The notes under the pieces were generated by a model, which was given only the letters and a program-made list of their open reading frames with translations, was not told the origin of the DNA and did no database searches. A stretch of 64,000 nucleotides of DNA from Dudresnaya verticillata (lineage: Eukaryota): NCBI GenBank assembly GCA_977862235.1, contig OZ374558.1, forward strand, positions 248,001-312,000, read 5' to 3'. This document shows positions 23,861-36,278 of this stretch, piece after piece. Each line of letters starts with the position of its first letter. The stretch's first letter is position 1. Both the position numbers and the translations under genes were made by a program.

Positions 23861-24586
23861 TTGGCGAAACGTTTCGCTGGGTCTGTACGTCGTACTACCC
23901 GCGCCCTTTTCGGTGGCAATGAAAAGCGCTTCGTTCGCGTCACATCTCCATCGGCTGATCAGCGGGTGGCCGTTCCGTCTGAGTTTCGTTCCGCGCTACG
24001 TCAGGGCGGTTTTCCAGGCGCCGCCACTATTCTGCCCACTTCGAATGCTTCCTCTTTCTATATTTGCGCTGCCGAGAGAGATCTTCTATGCGCTGAAGCT
24101 GCTTACAAGGCGTGGGCAGCTTTAACGTGTCAGGCTGACAGCTTTACGGCTCCACAGCTCTCCTTCTCAGCAGTGCTCGATCTTCGCACTGCACTTTCCG
24201 ACCCAAATGACATTCGAGCCGTCTATCCCTACTTGCGCGCCGAAATTCTGCGCTTGGAGTGTACAAACTGCACGTGGGCGCCCGCCAGGTACTTCTCGTG
24301 TTCCCTTCGAGCCCTCGATACGGTACTATTCGAGCGACTTCTCGCGTCTGGAACGGCACAACCCAGTGACGCACTTCCTTCGGCTTCCGAGACGCAATCT
24401 GTGCCTAAACGTCGCCGTGGGTACCCGACGCTTAGCGCTCCCGACGCAGAGGGTTTCCAAACCATTCTCCCGAGTCGCCCTCCTGATTCTCCATCTCCAG
24501 CCCCATCTCATCCTCACGCTCCTGATTCCGTCTCCGCTCCTGTTCCACAAGCTACTTATCCCGCTGAAATGGACTTGGAAAACTGA
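23861..24586 (+). CDS. LINE ORF1-like region (likely extends upstream across a frameshift)
   Basis: 241-aa ORF whose TGA overlaps the RT ATG (TGATG); 228-aa ORF upstream in another frame. Confidence 0.5.
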   Translation: MAKRFAGSVRRTTRALFGGNEKRFVRVTSPSADQRVAVPSEFRSALRQGGFPGAATILPTSNASSFYICAAERDLLCAEAAYKAWAALTCQADSFTAPQLSFSAVLDLRTALSDPNDIRAVYPYLRAEILRLECTNCTWAPARYFSCSLRALDTVLFERLLASGTAQPSDALPSASETQSVPKRRRGYPTLSAPDAEGFQTILPSRPPDSPSPAPSHPHAPDSVSAPVPQATYPAEMDLEN

Positions 24587-27474
24587 TGGAGCCATATTCA
24601 ACTTTCGAACCCTGTCCCGGTCCTGATGGTGTCTTTCCCCTTCGAATCCCTACTGTCAAATACCTTCCGAACTGCCTGCGTGATGACTGGGATGCGCTTA
24701 ATCATCATCTCTACTCGTCTTTCTGTCGTGCACGTACTGATAGCGAAAAAGTGGAGCGTCTTGCTCGCATATGTGCGGTTGGAAAACTTGTCCTGCGTCG
24801 CAACGGGCGGGGCGAGCCTCGCTCTCGCAACCGCGCCACCTGCACGCGTCTTCTACGCGAGCGACTGCAGCTCGCCATCCGCGGCAAATGGCTGCAGCTA
24901 TATGATTTCGCTACCTGCGCGTTCGAATCGCTACCCCGTTTCTCCTCCCCTTCATCCTCGGGACTCGATTCTACTCGCCGATGTCGTCAACTGATGGCCG
25001 ATGGCGCAGTATCCAAGGCCGCCGCTGCTCTCTGCAGTGGCACAACCCCTGTTCTCCCGACGCCGGCTACCTACCACCATCTCGAGGCTCTCCACCCTCG
25101 GCCGCTCACTCCTTTCCATTCTGCCACAAACGCTTCTCTACCTCCTTCCTATGATTTTACGGAGGCGGATTTTCGGCGCGCCCTCAAGAAGCTACCATTC
25201 CACAGCGCTCCGAGTCCTGATGGTTTACGCCCTTCCATTCTCCGCCACCTTGCACATGCTCCAGGCGGTTCGGAGCCTGCCCGTTCCTCTCTCACTGCCC
25301 TAACGGACTTCTTTAACCTGTGTGCTCGTGGCGGTCTCCCCCGTAAAATGCGCCCTTGGTTCTCCAGTGCGCTGCTTATCGGCCTTCCCAAGAAGCCTGC
25401 CCCTAAGCTCCGCCCCATAGCCATTGGCTGTGTGCTCCGCCGTTTCGTCTGTCGCCTTCTTAACCAATGCGCTTCTCAAGACTCCAGCATCTTAAATTAC
25501 CTCCGTCCTCACCAGCTTGCTGTTGGTGTCCCCAACGGATGTGAGGCCTTGGTTCACGCTACCCGCGCGGTGGTGGACAACAAAGCATCTGAAGACTTCG
25601 TTCTTTTGCGTATCGATGCAGCAAATGCCTTCAATATAATCGACCGTGCTCACTTGCTTCGTCAGGTTATTCAGTATGCTCCGCGCCTCGCCAAGTTTGT
25701 GCACTATCTTTTCTCCAGCGACCCCCTTTTACTGTTCGGGCCCCACACTATCTGGAGTCGCACCGGAACCCAACAAGGGGATCCGCTCAGTATGCTACTC
25801 TTTGCCCTTGCCTTTCAACCTCTCTTTGACCAGATTATTGCTGCCTTCCCCGACCTTCCCTTGGTTGCCTGCTACGCTGATGACCTCAACATTGTTGCTC
25901 CACTTTCCGTTGCTTCTGATATCCTTTCATTCTTACAAGATCTTGGAGCCCCTATTGGTTTCCGGATGCAAATGAATAAGACCGAGGCGTGGTGGATCCG
26001 ACCGCTCCCCACACGCCGCTCGGTTGTCACCGCGCTTCCATGTCGTCTGAACCGTTCTCCATGCATTGATATTCTTGGTTCCCCTGTCGTTACCGGCCAC
26101 GGGTGCCTCCAGTTTACCCAGCAGCGCCAAAGCGCTGTGCAGCATATATTTTCTCGTCTCTCCGCACTTGGAGATCCACAGTTGGTGTGTCACCTCCTTC
26201 GTTACTGCGCTGGTGCTAGTAAGCTCGTGTATCTCCTTCGAACAACCCCACCGCAATTTACCCGCGTTGCTGCGTGTCACCACGACAACAACATGCGAGG
26301 GGTTTTCGAGGAAACGCATGGGGCTCTGACCACCAGTGCTTGGGAATTGGCCGGTCTCCCGCTACGCCAAGGTGGTTTGGGTCTCACGCATACTTCATGG
26401 TTGCCGGATATTGCCTTTCTCAGTTCCGTTCTTGCCTGCTTGCCGACGATCACTGCTCTACTCGGCGTTTCCGGTTTTAGCGCTCGTACTATCCTCTCTG
26501 CTCCTTTACGACGCGTGCAGAGCATTTTATTCCTCTCGCCATCTGCCGCACCCTATTCCATGGACTCGCTACTGGCTTGGGGTTTATCCACTGCCTTCCA
26601 GCCCACGTACGCTCTACAACACGACTTAACCAACCGGCTCCTGCTCCATAAGCTCTCGACCCTGACGCCTGCCTCTCACGATGCTGCCGACATCCGCACT
26701 CGTCTACGACTTCAATCTACTAGTACCTCAAACTCTGCTCGCCCATTCAGCACTATCCCTTTTCACGGGAGTGATCTTCGCGTGGAGCCTGAGATCTGGA
26801 AGACCATGGTCCGCCTTCGTCTTGGTCTCCCGTTGTTCAGTGGCGACCTCCCATGTTCTCGCTGCGCAGCTGGCACCCGCTCCTCTATCCCTCTGCTTGA
26901 ACGCTATGGGCACCATGCCACAATCTGTGGCGCTCGCGAAGGGTCTATCCGTCGCCACAACGGCCTTCGGGACAAACTAGCTGCTCATATTAGTACAGTT
27001 GCGCTTCATCATGGTGTCCAACTTCGCCTGGAAGAGCCCTTTATTGATCCATCTGACCCCACCCGCGACCCTCTTCGCCTGGACATCTACGTGGACGATC
27101 GCAGCTTTGCCCCAAAAGCACAAGCGTTCGATGTCTCTGTCGTGAGTCCCCATTAATTGCCGGTCAGAACCGGTCGCGTTGCTGGTCAGGCCATCCTTGC
27201 CCGCGAGAGAGCGAAACGTAACCATTGCCGTGCTGTTTTTGATCAATATGACACCGAGCTGCACCCGATGGTCATTGATATATATGGACGCACCGGTGCT
27301 GGCTTCGATATCGGCGCTCAAGTCTTCGCCAACTTTCTTGCCGAAAAGAAAGGCACTTGCCCGCTTGCTGAGAAGCATGCTCTCTTGAATCGTCTTGTAT
27401 CCTTTGTTTCGCAGTTTGTCGCCGTCAGCGTCAATCGTCGCCGCTTGACTCCTGCAGATTTGCCTCATATGTAG
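24586..27474 (+). pseudogene. RT + CCHC + restriction-like endonuclease, one in-frame TAA at 27154
   Basis: LRPIAIG, QLAVG, DAANAFN, GTQQGDPLS, YADD, LPLRQGGLG, CSRC..HATIC, RRHN, RLD..DVSV..E..K. Confidence 0.93.
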
Positions 27475-28192
27475 TGCTTAAGAGTATCCAGTAGGGATGC
27501 TCTAGCTTTATGCTTTTGTAAAGTGAAGTTTACCCCTGTGCGGCCCCAGGGACGCCAGCGCACTCACCTCACCACCGCTGTCGCCCCCGCCCGCCGCCCC
27601 TGCACCGCACCGTCCCCGCACCACGCCGCGCGCACCATGCCGCCCCTGCACCACGCCACGCACACCACGCCTCGAGAACTGTTGCCGCCACCCCCGCTCG
27701 CCGCCCCTGCACAATGCCGCGCGCACCATTGTCGTCGCCCCTGCTCCCCTCCCCTGCCCAAAGTGCCAGCCCTTCGCGCATTTGCGCACCCGGCCTGCCC
27801 GCGACGCCCCTGTACATGACGTCAGGTACCTGAAGGGCGTCCCTGCGCGGCGACCGTGCTTGCCCAACAGGCACTTGACGTCCTTGCTAGGCGTCCCTGC
27901 TCACTGCGCATGGTTGCTCTACCTGCATGTGTCAATCCTGGGCACAAGCACTGCAGTCAGGACATGCACTGACAGACTGTAACAGTACCCTCGCTTCATC
28001 CCTCCTCAGTCCGCCTCGCGCCACTTCCCCTTATCACTGCCGTCCCACGTGGGTGTACACCCACGACCCCGTAATTCGCTCCCACTCTGCTCTTGTGCTC
28101 ACCTTCTGTCTCTAACCAGTGGTATCGCAATGCACACCGTCCGTCGCCATCGCACGCTGCTGCGAAAACGCCACCTTTATCGTATCTGTACT

Positions 28193-28867
28193 TCACCTTC
28201 TGCAGTACTCGTACGGGATAGTCCCAATGTCCTCGGTGATTTCTCTCATATTTGCTGCATGCCTGCAGCAATTGTATCGCCTGCGGATTATGTTTGCCAG
28301 CCTTGGTGGTTCTTTCTGTTCTCCATTCTTAACCTCATCCATGCAACCGCAGAGCGGATCGATCCACGTGTCGCAGAGTTTCACTTTCGTACTGCGCCTC
28401 TTGAACTCCTGCCATTCCCGCCCGTTGTACGCGAACTTGTATTCCCCCCTGAAGAAACGCTCTGAATATGATTGTGGTCCTGACTGTGCTGATTCTGCCC
28501 CGTATACACGTTCGTAGAACTCTTTGAAGTTACTTCTGGCGTAGAGGCGCACACCGAGGTCTGCAAGGCCGAGTACCTCCTTCTTCTCCTCGATGGCACT
28601 GCTCACTTCTCGAACAATGAGATACTCTCCGATTCGCTGCACAGCCTCCTCAAGTGTCTCCCCAGGCTGGCAGTACTTGTGAAGGTCGAGAATATGCATT
28701 CTGCCCTTCCCTGACGTTGTAGATTCCTCTTTGTTACATTCTGTTTCCTCACCTGCGCCTGTCCCCGAATCAGGACTCCCAGCTGAGTGTTCGGGGTCAA
28801 TCTCTTCTTCATCACTGCTGATTTGTATCGCCTCGTCCACTTCGATGGCCTGTGTGATGTCGCCCAT
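28193..28867 (-). CDS. Cargo ORF, acidic N-terminus and Cys-rich C-terminus
   Basis: 224-aa ORF with C..CGC..CC cluster. Confidence 0.45.
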   Translation of the reverse strand: MGDITQAIEVDEAIQISSDEEEIDPEHSAGSPDSGTGAGEETECNKEESTTSGKGRMHILDLHKYCQPGETLEEAVQRIGEYLIVREVSSAIEEKKEVLGLADLGVRLYARSNFKEFYERVYGAESAQSGPQSYSERFFRGEYKFAYNGREWQEFKRRSTKVKLCDTWIDPLCGCMDEVKNGEQKEPPRLANIIRRRYNCCRHAANMREITEDIGTIPYEYCRR

Positions 28868-28959
28868 CTCTAACGTGCGCCAAGGTCAATTTCCTTGTGC
28901 TGGCCAGAACGCGACCAATTCGTGTGCTAGGGGCCTTCGACATGTGCCATCTTGTAAGA

Positions 28960-29530
28960 TCTAGAGAGTTCGTAATGCCATACAAGTCTCCGCAGCAGAC
29001 TGTAATTTCTTCACGTATGTGGAAGCACAGTACTAAAGTGCAATAACCGGGATGTGACACGGAAAGGGCGTGTCCACACTTTTCACGACGTTTTTATAGC
29101 CATAAAACATCGCGGGAACGGAGGACACATGACATGTGTCTGCACATTGTCCAGAAACATCCTTCAGATTCCCATGACGTGGTTCACAGTTCTGAAACTG
29201 ATGGACATACCGGCCTCTGTACAGTGCTATTATGGCAACGGGATCAACAAATTTCTCAGTAGGAGCGTTTCTGCTCCTGGTCTGAAACATATGGGGGAAG
29301 GATTGAGTACGAGGGCATTACCAATAATTCTGGTGTGACTTCATACGCATATGCGTTGGACACATTCCTACCGTGAGATATGCCGCGAGCTATACTTGCC
29401 TTGTGATTCCCGCAGGAATGCGCGCTTTTTCAACTCTGTACGGTCACTATGGTGCCTCTAGCTCTTCCTGTCCGGGCAAAAGTGAGTTGTAGTGATTGCA
29501 CATACTCCTGCGCCCGCAGGCCTCGAAGAC
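28960..29530 (-). pseudogene. Possible degenerate SET-domain remnant
   Basis: GAGVYA near 29500, QNCEP near 29190, IREEITVCCGDLYG near 29000: SET-like motif order across broken frames. Confidence 0.3.
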
Positions 29531-29717
29531 TATTTTCCGGTACAGTAAAGTGGCTTCGTTTTCACTGCTAGAATGGTTTTGAAGCAGTAACAGTGTAAAA
29601 GGAGTTTGATCCAACCGATATCTCCTACCCAGTTACTACACTTTCCCTAGGTCCGAAGTCAAGTTGTTCATCACGATCATCTCTTTGCACTTGCGACAGA
29701 CCACCTGCATGTGCGCC

Positions 29718-32706
29718 ATGGGCAGAAAATCCAACAGAAGGAAGAAGACGCCCGTGACAAATGACCGTAATGAAGTCAGTCTGCACCAGCAAACGATTCA
29801 GTTCGCTGATCTGCTTGACGGTTCCATGCTGAAGTGTGTCGATCCCCGGGCTTGTGTACCCCTCACCAAGGTCAGGCCGATATCCAGGTCCGGAGTTGAA
29901 CGGCTCAAGCGCATTTTTATCGGACTAGGAGGGGGTACAAACCAGGGGGTGCGACATGCTCCCGAGTCGATAGGATATGTCGCAGGGAGCGATATGCCAG
30001 TGATTATCGAGCTCACGGGAGCCCTTCGCAAGCATGCAGGAGACTATTTTCGAAGTTCTCGGAATAGGGAGGGAGCGTACCGTACGGAGAAGGAGATGAA
30101 AGAAATCATCAGTTCGAGAGGAGTGTGGTATGGCGTTGTAGATGGCATGCACCGGCCGGTTGCAATTATTGAGCTCATGGACATACACTACGAGATATGG
30201 AAGACATTCTCGAGGCCGGTTATGCATGTCAGGGGCGGGGCGTCTCTGCAGGTTCTGAAACAGTTTGCAAGGCACCAGAACCGCAATCATCAGTCTGCTT
30301 GTTATGTAGAAACCACGTTCTTTGACACACTGAAAGGCCTGCACGAAGAAGCCGACCGTCTGCAGGCTGAAGCCAATGGAAAAGAGCCGACAGCGAAAGC
30401 GGTTGCCGCGGCGTTTTATGGTGCTTCTCATCTTCACGAGAACACAATCAGGAAAACAGGCCAGGTTGTTCTTCGATTGCATAGATCGGTCCTAGATACT
30501 ATCGGGGAGATTGCAACACAGGAGGATGCAGACTTGGCGGCCTCGACTTCCCTTGGAAGTGCAGGGGCTGGAAGTTCCAGGCAGCTCGTAATGTCCTCGG
30601 TAGACTGCCGAGTCTATCGGGATTTTATCCATATATCGTCACTGAAGTCTGCTACAGTGCTTATGAATGCCGGCCGGTCGCCAGACGGGGTAGAGGCTCA
30701 AATATGTACCTTGAACAGGCTGCGGAAAAGGGCCAGAATGCATAATTTCAGACCTGCACCGTACAAGGTCACAGTCGAGGAATTCGAGAGAGCAAGAGAC
30801 GCGTTGATAGAAGCTAGGAAGTTCGAGAGCCTGAGGGAATCCCCGAATTGGCCTTCAGCTATGTCCGTTATGAGGACCAATCTGTTGCACACGCGCAAAC
30901 TGGACCTGGACGTTATGTCGAATCGTGGAAACAATCACATACTGAAGACGATTCTTACCATGTACCGAGAAAGTTGCCCAGGGGAGGCCCCACAGAAAAT
31001 AGAGAAATACAACAGCAGATAAGAAGTTGCGCAGGCACGAGTACCGTCTAGCACAGATCCAAAACATCCTGAAGAAGAGAAGAGCCCTGGAAGTCACATG
31101 AAACATGTACCGTCTGGAGTGCTCTTGAACAAAACTGCTTCACAATGTACCCCACAGACAGATACGGAGAAGGAGAACGACGACAACCGCAGTGATCCCG
31201 ACCACCTGGGCTCCACTGCGAGAAGCACAACTCCGGATGAGTCCCTTCCTGTGATCAACGGGGATGAAGGAGACGCTGTCACACCTATCCCTTTGCCCTC
31301 AACGGCCACTACGATAAGATCGGAAAGATTGGATACTGTTAAGAAGCTTAAAAGGGATAATAGAGACGATGTCGCAACACCGGACGAGATACTGAAATCG
31401 GAAGGCCTTGGGTGTGACCAAATATGCTGGCAGGACTACAACCAAAAGTACAGGAAAATTGAGAGCAAACTGTTGGATTTCATTCTGTCGGAAACCCCGT
31501 ATGGCACCCCTGCCTCACAGTCTCGAGCTGAGAAAAGGTATGCCAACTACCTCAGTACTTCAGAAATGAACGAGTTGGCTGAGTTTTGCAGGCAGACAAT
31601 CGCCCCGGGTGGTTGGGTGTTCCTGTTTGTGTCATTTCAGACCTTTGAGCACATGAGGCAGGCACTTTCAAAGAATGGTTTCGACTACCCAACGTATGCA
31701 TTCGTGATTCTGAAGGGTACCGGACTGTTCAGGAATCCAGGGGCAACGAAAGGCCACAAAATGGCGCAGACATAGCCGTTTTTGGGAAACCACCGGGTGT
31801 ACACCCATCCGGTTCAAAGGTAGACTTGAAGAGCCCCTATCACTTATTGAAATGCCAGGAGAAATGGAAGTTCGCATGCATGTCGACTGTCCCAGTCTCC
31901 AAGAAGAAACTGTTGAGACCTCAGACAAGATCCCCGGTGCTGACCGAAGAAAAGAATGTTGACTTGCTCGCGGAAGTTCTGATGACGTTCTGTGCAGAGC
32001 AAGGGCATGTCTGGATACGTACGCTGGCACGATGACGACCTGCATAGCGTGTCTTGCCACTGGTAGGAGATGCGCATGCATCGAGAAAAATGCTGAAACG
32101 TTCAGACATGCACACGGAAGGCTATCGCGACTGGCGCAAGACGCACAACGTGTAACCAAGGTAGCCCCTTTGAAGGAAATATGTACTGCTCCCGAACAGG
32201 CGTCTGAAAAAGCATGTGAAACGGGCTCAGAACAAGCTGCCTGGCAGGCGGGTAGCTCAGAGCGTAAACGAGTGTGTTCCGAAGGGGCGCCTGAACAGAT
32301 GGAACCGTTGGCCAAGCGGCAAAACGTCGAGACAGGAGCAGTACCTGCTAAGGTCAGGTGACGGAATGATAAACAGGGAGAAGGGGAAGATGTGACCCAA
32401 CACCGAGAAGTCAGTGGGGGAGATGAAGTCACTCTCTTCATTGACAAGAAGGCTGTAGGAACTTCCAAGGTTCAGTTGGGGGTGGACGGGGCGCGATTTC
32501 TGGATAGCATCCATGGTACTGCGTTATCCTCTTTTCAAAGAGAAGGTCAGCACCTCGTCGCAGTCTATGCATTCAAAGCGGCGACGAAAAGCTCCCATTT
32601 GCGATACCCGTACTCATACCGGGAGATAGACAGTGAGATACTGGCAACTCTGAGTGAGATCCAAAGCGTGTTTGCTTGGGACGTCAATCAGATGGCATTG
32701 ACATGA
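29718..32706 (+). pseudogene. ParB-like + beta-class N6A/N4C DNA methyltransferase + Tnp1-like accessory domain fusion
   Basis: ParB-like VRPISRSGVERLK..YGVVDGMHR; in-frame TAA at 31020; motif IV-like LDFILSETPYG; APGGWVFLF; EKNVDLLAEVL..GHV/LDTYAGTMTTCIACLATGRRCACIEK (motif I, 1-nt frameshift ~32010); in-frame TGA at 32359. Confidence 0.85.
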
Positions 32707-32892
32707 ACTCACGAGACGAGCTTTTCATGGTCATCGTCGAATTGGGCGAGTTTCCTGAGATTAGCATGCGACCGTTCGCAAAGACGCCTTACAATAACCC
32801 GACACCAGCCTGCTGGCGCTCTACAGACAGAGATTCCTGCCGCACATACGTCTCCGCCCCTGCAGTGTTTGGCATAAGAACGGAATCGACCA

Positions 32893-33280
32893 GACTGCAA
32901 CGTTTCGTTTGCGGGGCTGACAAATTCGGTGCGCGTCGCAATCAAGAAGCTGGGAGGCAATACATCGCCTGATGAGAAGGTCATTTTGGGAATGCGCAAC
33001 GAAGAGCGGGTAATAGTTGACGTAGCCGCGAGCTTCCAGGAAATGGCAGTGCGAAATCTGGAGCAGCGCGCGGGGGGCGCCCTGCAGATTTGCGCTGCAC
33101 ACAAGACAGGGGCGCGCACGCTGGTTGTGTCGGACAGCCGTCGGTGCGGCGTCCAACGCAGTGGTGAGAAGGCGGGTGATTGCGGCGTGCGAGCGGCACG
33201 GGTGCACATGCGCCATCCCGTCCAACGAGTTGTGCACCGCGGTGCCAAAACAGGGTGATGGATGTGCGGGCGATAAGGCC
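32893..33280 (+). pseudogene. Captured C-terminal fragment of a TsaD/Qri7(OSGEPL1)-family t6A enzyme
   Basis: DCNVSFAGLTNSVRVAI, DVAASFQ, TLVV, (frameshift) VGAASN..R..IPSNELCT..VM match FSFAGLKT/AASFQ/GGVAAN/LCTDNGVM. Confidence 0.8.
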
Positions 33281-33842
33281 GCTCGCCGGGCTCCTCGCGC
33301 AGCAGGAACGAAAAAGCTCCGATAGCTATGTGCTTGTCTCGTGCGGGAGAAGCTATTCCGTATTATTGATAATACGATGACAGTTCTGATTGCTTGTAAA
33401 AGGCGAAAAGGTTTCTGAAAGCTTCCCTTTCTGCGCTGCAAAGAGCAGCTGTTTCGTTGTCCCAGGGCCCACAAGGAAAATATCTGTTCAAAAGCTCTAC
33501 TTTCGTATGAAATACGAAGCCTTTTTAGATATTCCGGTTCTGGCCGTATCAATACCCAATCAGAAGTATTTGACAGATCATTTCCATGAAAAGCTATGTT
33601 GTATTATCCATACTACACCTACAGTTTCGCGGAGCTCGCCCTTTGCAAAACCTAAAGTTTCGTGTCGCGACCCGCTACTCCGCTCGTGTTTCTCCGACGG
33701 GCCTCACCGACCGCTCCCAATCCCTCCGCCCAGCCCGCGTACCCCAAAGAGCCCACGTCTCCCAACCGATCGCACCCCGCGCCTCCGCCTGTCCCGCCCA
33801 CATCACACATCCGACACTCCGGAGACCCGCGCGCAAGCCCAT

Positions 33843-36000
33843 TCACCCGTAATGTATCAATCCCAAGCTCGCAGGACTTCGCCTCCTCCGCCGAGTCACA
33901 CGACGAGTAGCGTCTGCATAGCTGTCGCCTTCCTCATGGCTTGAATTGTCAACAACGAGACCAACCCTGCTCTCAGCCGCAAGAATCCAGTCCGTGAAAT
34001 GCACCTCCATCTGACATAATCGGTCGTCACTATCGTTACCAGGAGCAACAGAAATCCAATCTGCATAGTCAACTGACGCGCAGCTTGGGTCAATAACTTC
34101 ACGCAGCAGTACCGTTTTCGATGGCACTAAGACGTGAAAGCTGTCAACAGATTGCTCGAGAGTCCTTTGGCGTCTGACCGTTTGAGATTGTATCCCATCT
34201 CCTCTGGGAGCCGCGCGCCGCCGCAACGTCGAATTCATGATGCTACTTTCACGTCTACCTAACTGGAGCTCGCCCAGTAGAGGATCTGTCCCGTCAAGCA
34301 GTACTTCATTAGACTGGGAAGATACTTTTCTCTTCTCGGGTGACGGCAACATCATTTCAGTACACTCCTGATCAGACGCGCTCTTCATATCTTCGTTAGC
34401 GTCCCGACCGAGCCTGTCGATAAACCCGCCTATCTCGCGATTGTTTGGCGAGCCACCCAAACCGTTCAGAAAGAACTCAACAGCATCTTCAATGGTTTGA
34501 ACTCCATTCTCGAGCAGAATGGCAGTAACTGGGAACTCCGCTTTTGCAGGTCTGGATATCCCAGAAACCCCATCGTCTTCAGAGTCCTGATTATGCCGTA
34601 CCCTTCGCCGCCGCCTGGTTGTGCAGCTCGAAGCAGCCCGTCTGGACTTAGAGTTGCTTAGCGAATCGACAGGCGAGCTACGCTTTCTCGACGAGGCGGT
34701 TTGAACTCTTCTTCGTTTCGGACGAATTCCGTTGGTCTCTTCCTGTACTTGCTTTGCACTTGACTGGATGCGCCTTCTCCTTCTCGACTGCGTCGCGATA
34801 GGACTTCCTGGAGTAACTGGCGAAGTGCGGTTCTGCATAGCTGTTGCCTTCTCCCCTGCGGGCAATCGAGATGGGATGGGCGAGATGGGATCCACTTTCG
34901 CAGCGACAGGCGTCGAATGAGAAGAGCTCGTACCCGCATCCTTTGCTTTCCGCGAAACATGCATCCTAACCGAGTCTTCTCCCTTCGCCTTCTGTCTTAC
35001 CGGAGTGATCGAAAGATCCATATTCCTATGGGCACCAGCACTGCCCTCCTTCTGCTCTAGAAGCGCACGCGAAACTGGTAGCCCTCCACTGTAGCTCATG
35101 CATGACTTGGTATCCAACAGCGGTCCGCATAATCGATTTTGCTGCTGGAACATAACATAATGGCTTGGATAAGCTGAGGCACGCGCTATAAGGTCAATGA
35201 TGAACGCAGAGCCGAGGAAAAGCACATCACCTTCAAGCATGGCAGCGAGCTCGCGTGTGTGCGTAGGGTCAAGTCCAGGAGCAATGATGGAAAACGTGGG
35301 GCGTTGCTCCACATTACGCACAAGCACAGCGCCAGAAGCACCAAGCACATCCGCGATAATGCCATTCGTCGGTGCAGTCCCCAGCCAAGGCGCGGCCCCG
35401 GCCTCTCAGGCTTTCGATCGAGAACGTCTTCCATCCATCTCAATGGCTGTATCTCCAGAGACTGCTCGTAGCATGTCGCACCGGGACACCATCACCTTGC
35501 GCGCCTTCGATGCAAATGCCGACCAACGTGCTAAGCTCGTCGCGTCTGAATTGTCGAAGTCGAACAATGTCATAGGTATGTACGCTGATCCTGCAGCAGA
35601 AACGGACGATTGGGGTGATGATTTCGTCCTCGGGGAGTCCAGTTCAAGACCGGGAGATCAGTCGAGTGGCAATTGGACCGTTGACGAGGGGCCTGCAAGC
35701 TTCCCATCATGGTTTATTGAGAAGGACCCCACGAAGAACGAGTTCGAGTTCAAACTCGAGACACCGCAGACTGTCGCATCGCTTCCTGTTCGCAATGTGT
35801 ACCAACCGTCCACAGCTGAGATTCTCCCAGGGGGCGATGAAACGTTGCGCATGCGTAGCATCTGCACCGTCTGCTTCTTCTGCACCGCGCTGCCGAATCA
35901 GACGCACTATAAATCAGGCTGTCCGTCTTGGCGGTCAAGGTGGATGCCCAGAATGAAAGGAAGGAAGAAAATCAAGATCCCGGGAAACGAAGGCCCCTCA
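33843..36000 (-). pseudogene. Large unidentified cargo gene (501-aa open part, same frame upstream with stops)
   Basis: ORF 33843-35348, in frame with 35658-35885. Confidence 0.5.
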
Positions 36001-36278
36001 CGAACGACATGGTCAGGATCTATTGTTTCAAGCATAAGCGGTTCTACCGTGCAATACTCTTCTCGAAATTGCCTACATGACGAATCAGTTTTTGCTGCGA
36101 AAACCTACAGGAGAACTGCGCCTACCTAAACCGTGAGAATAGCGTCCCAAGAGAGCTCCTGTGCGGCATTCGCTCCCAAGCAGACGCAGCCGTCATCGCA
36201 TCGCTCCTCGGCGCACTTGCCGTCTGCCGCGACTCACGCCCGCCGCCGCATCAGCTCTCCGACCCAGCCCCCCAAATC

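Larger units (their letters stand above)
23101..27533 (+). mobile_element. CRE-like RLE non-LTR retrotransposon, probably full length
   Basis: 10-bp TSD CCCTGTGCGG (23091-23100/27534-27543); RT+CCHC+RLE ORF. Confidence 0.92.

Noticed and set aside
35197..36129. 310-aa plus-strand ORF
   Set aside because: In-register antisense of the longer minus-strand frame, so likely a shadow ORF, though the coding strand is not proven.
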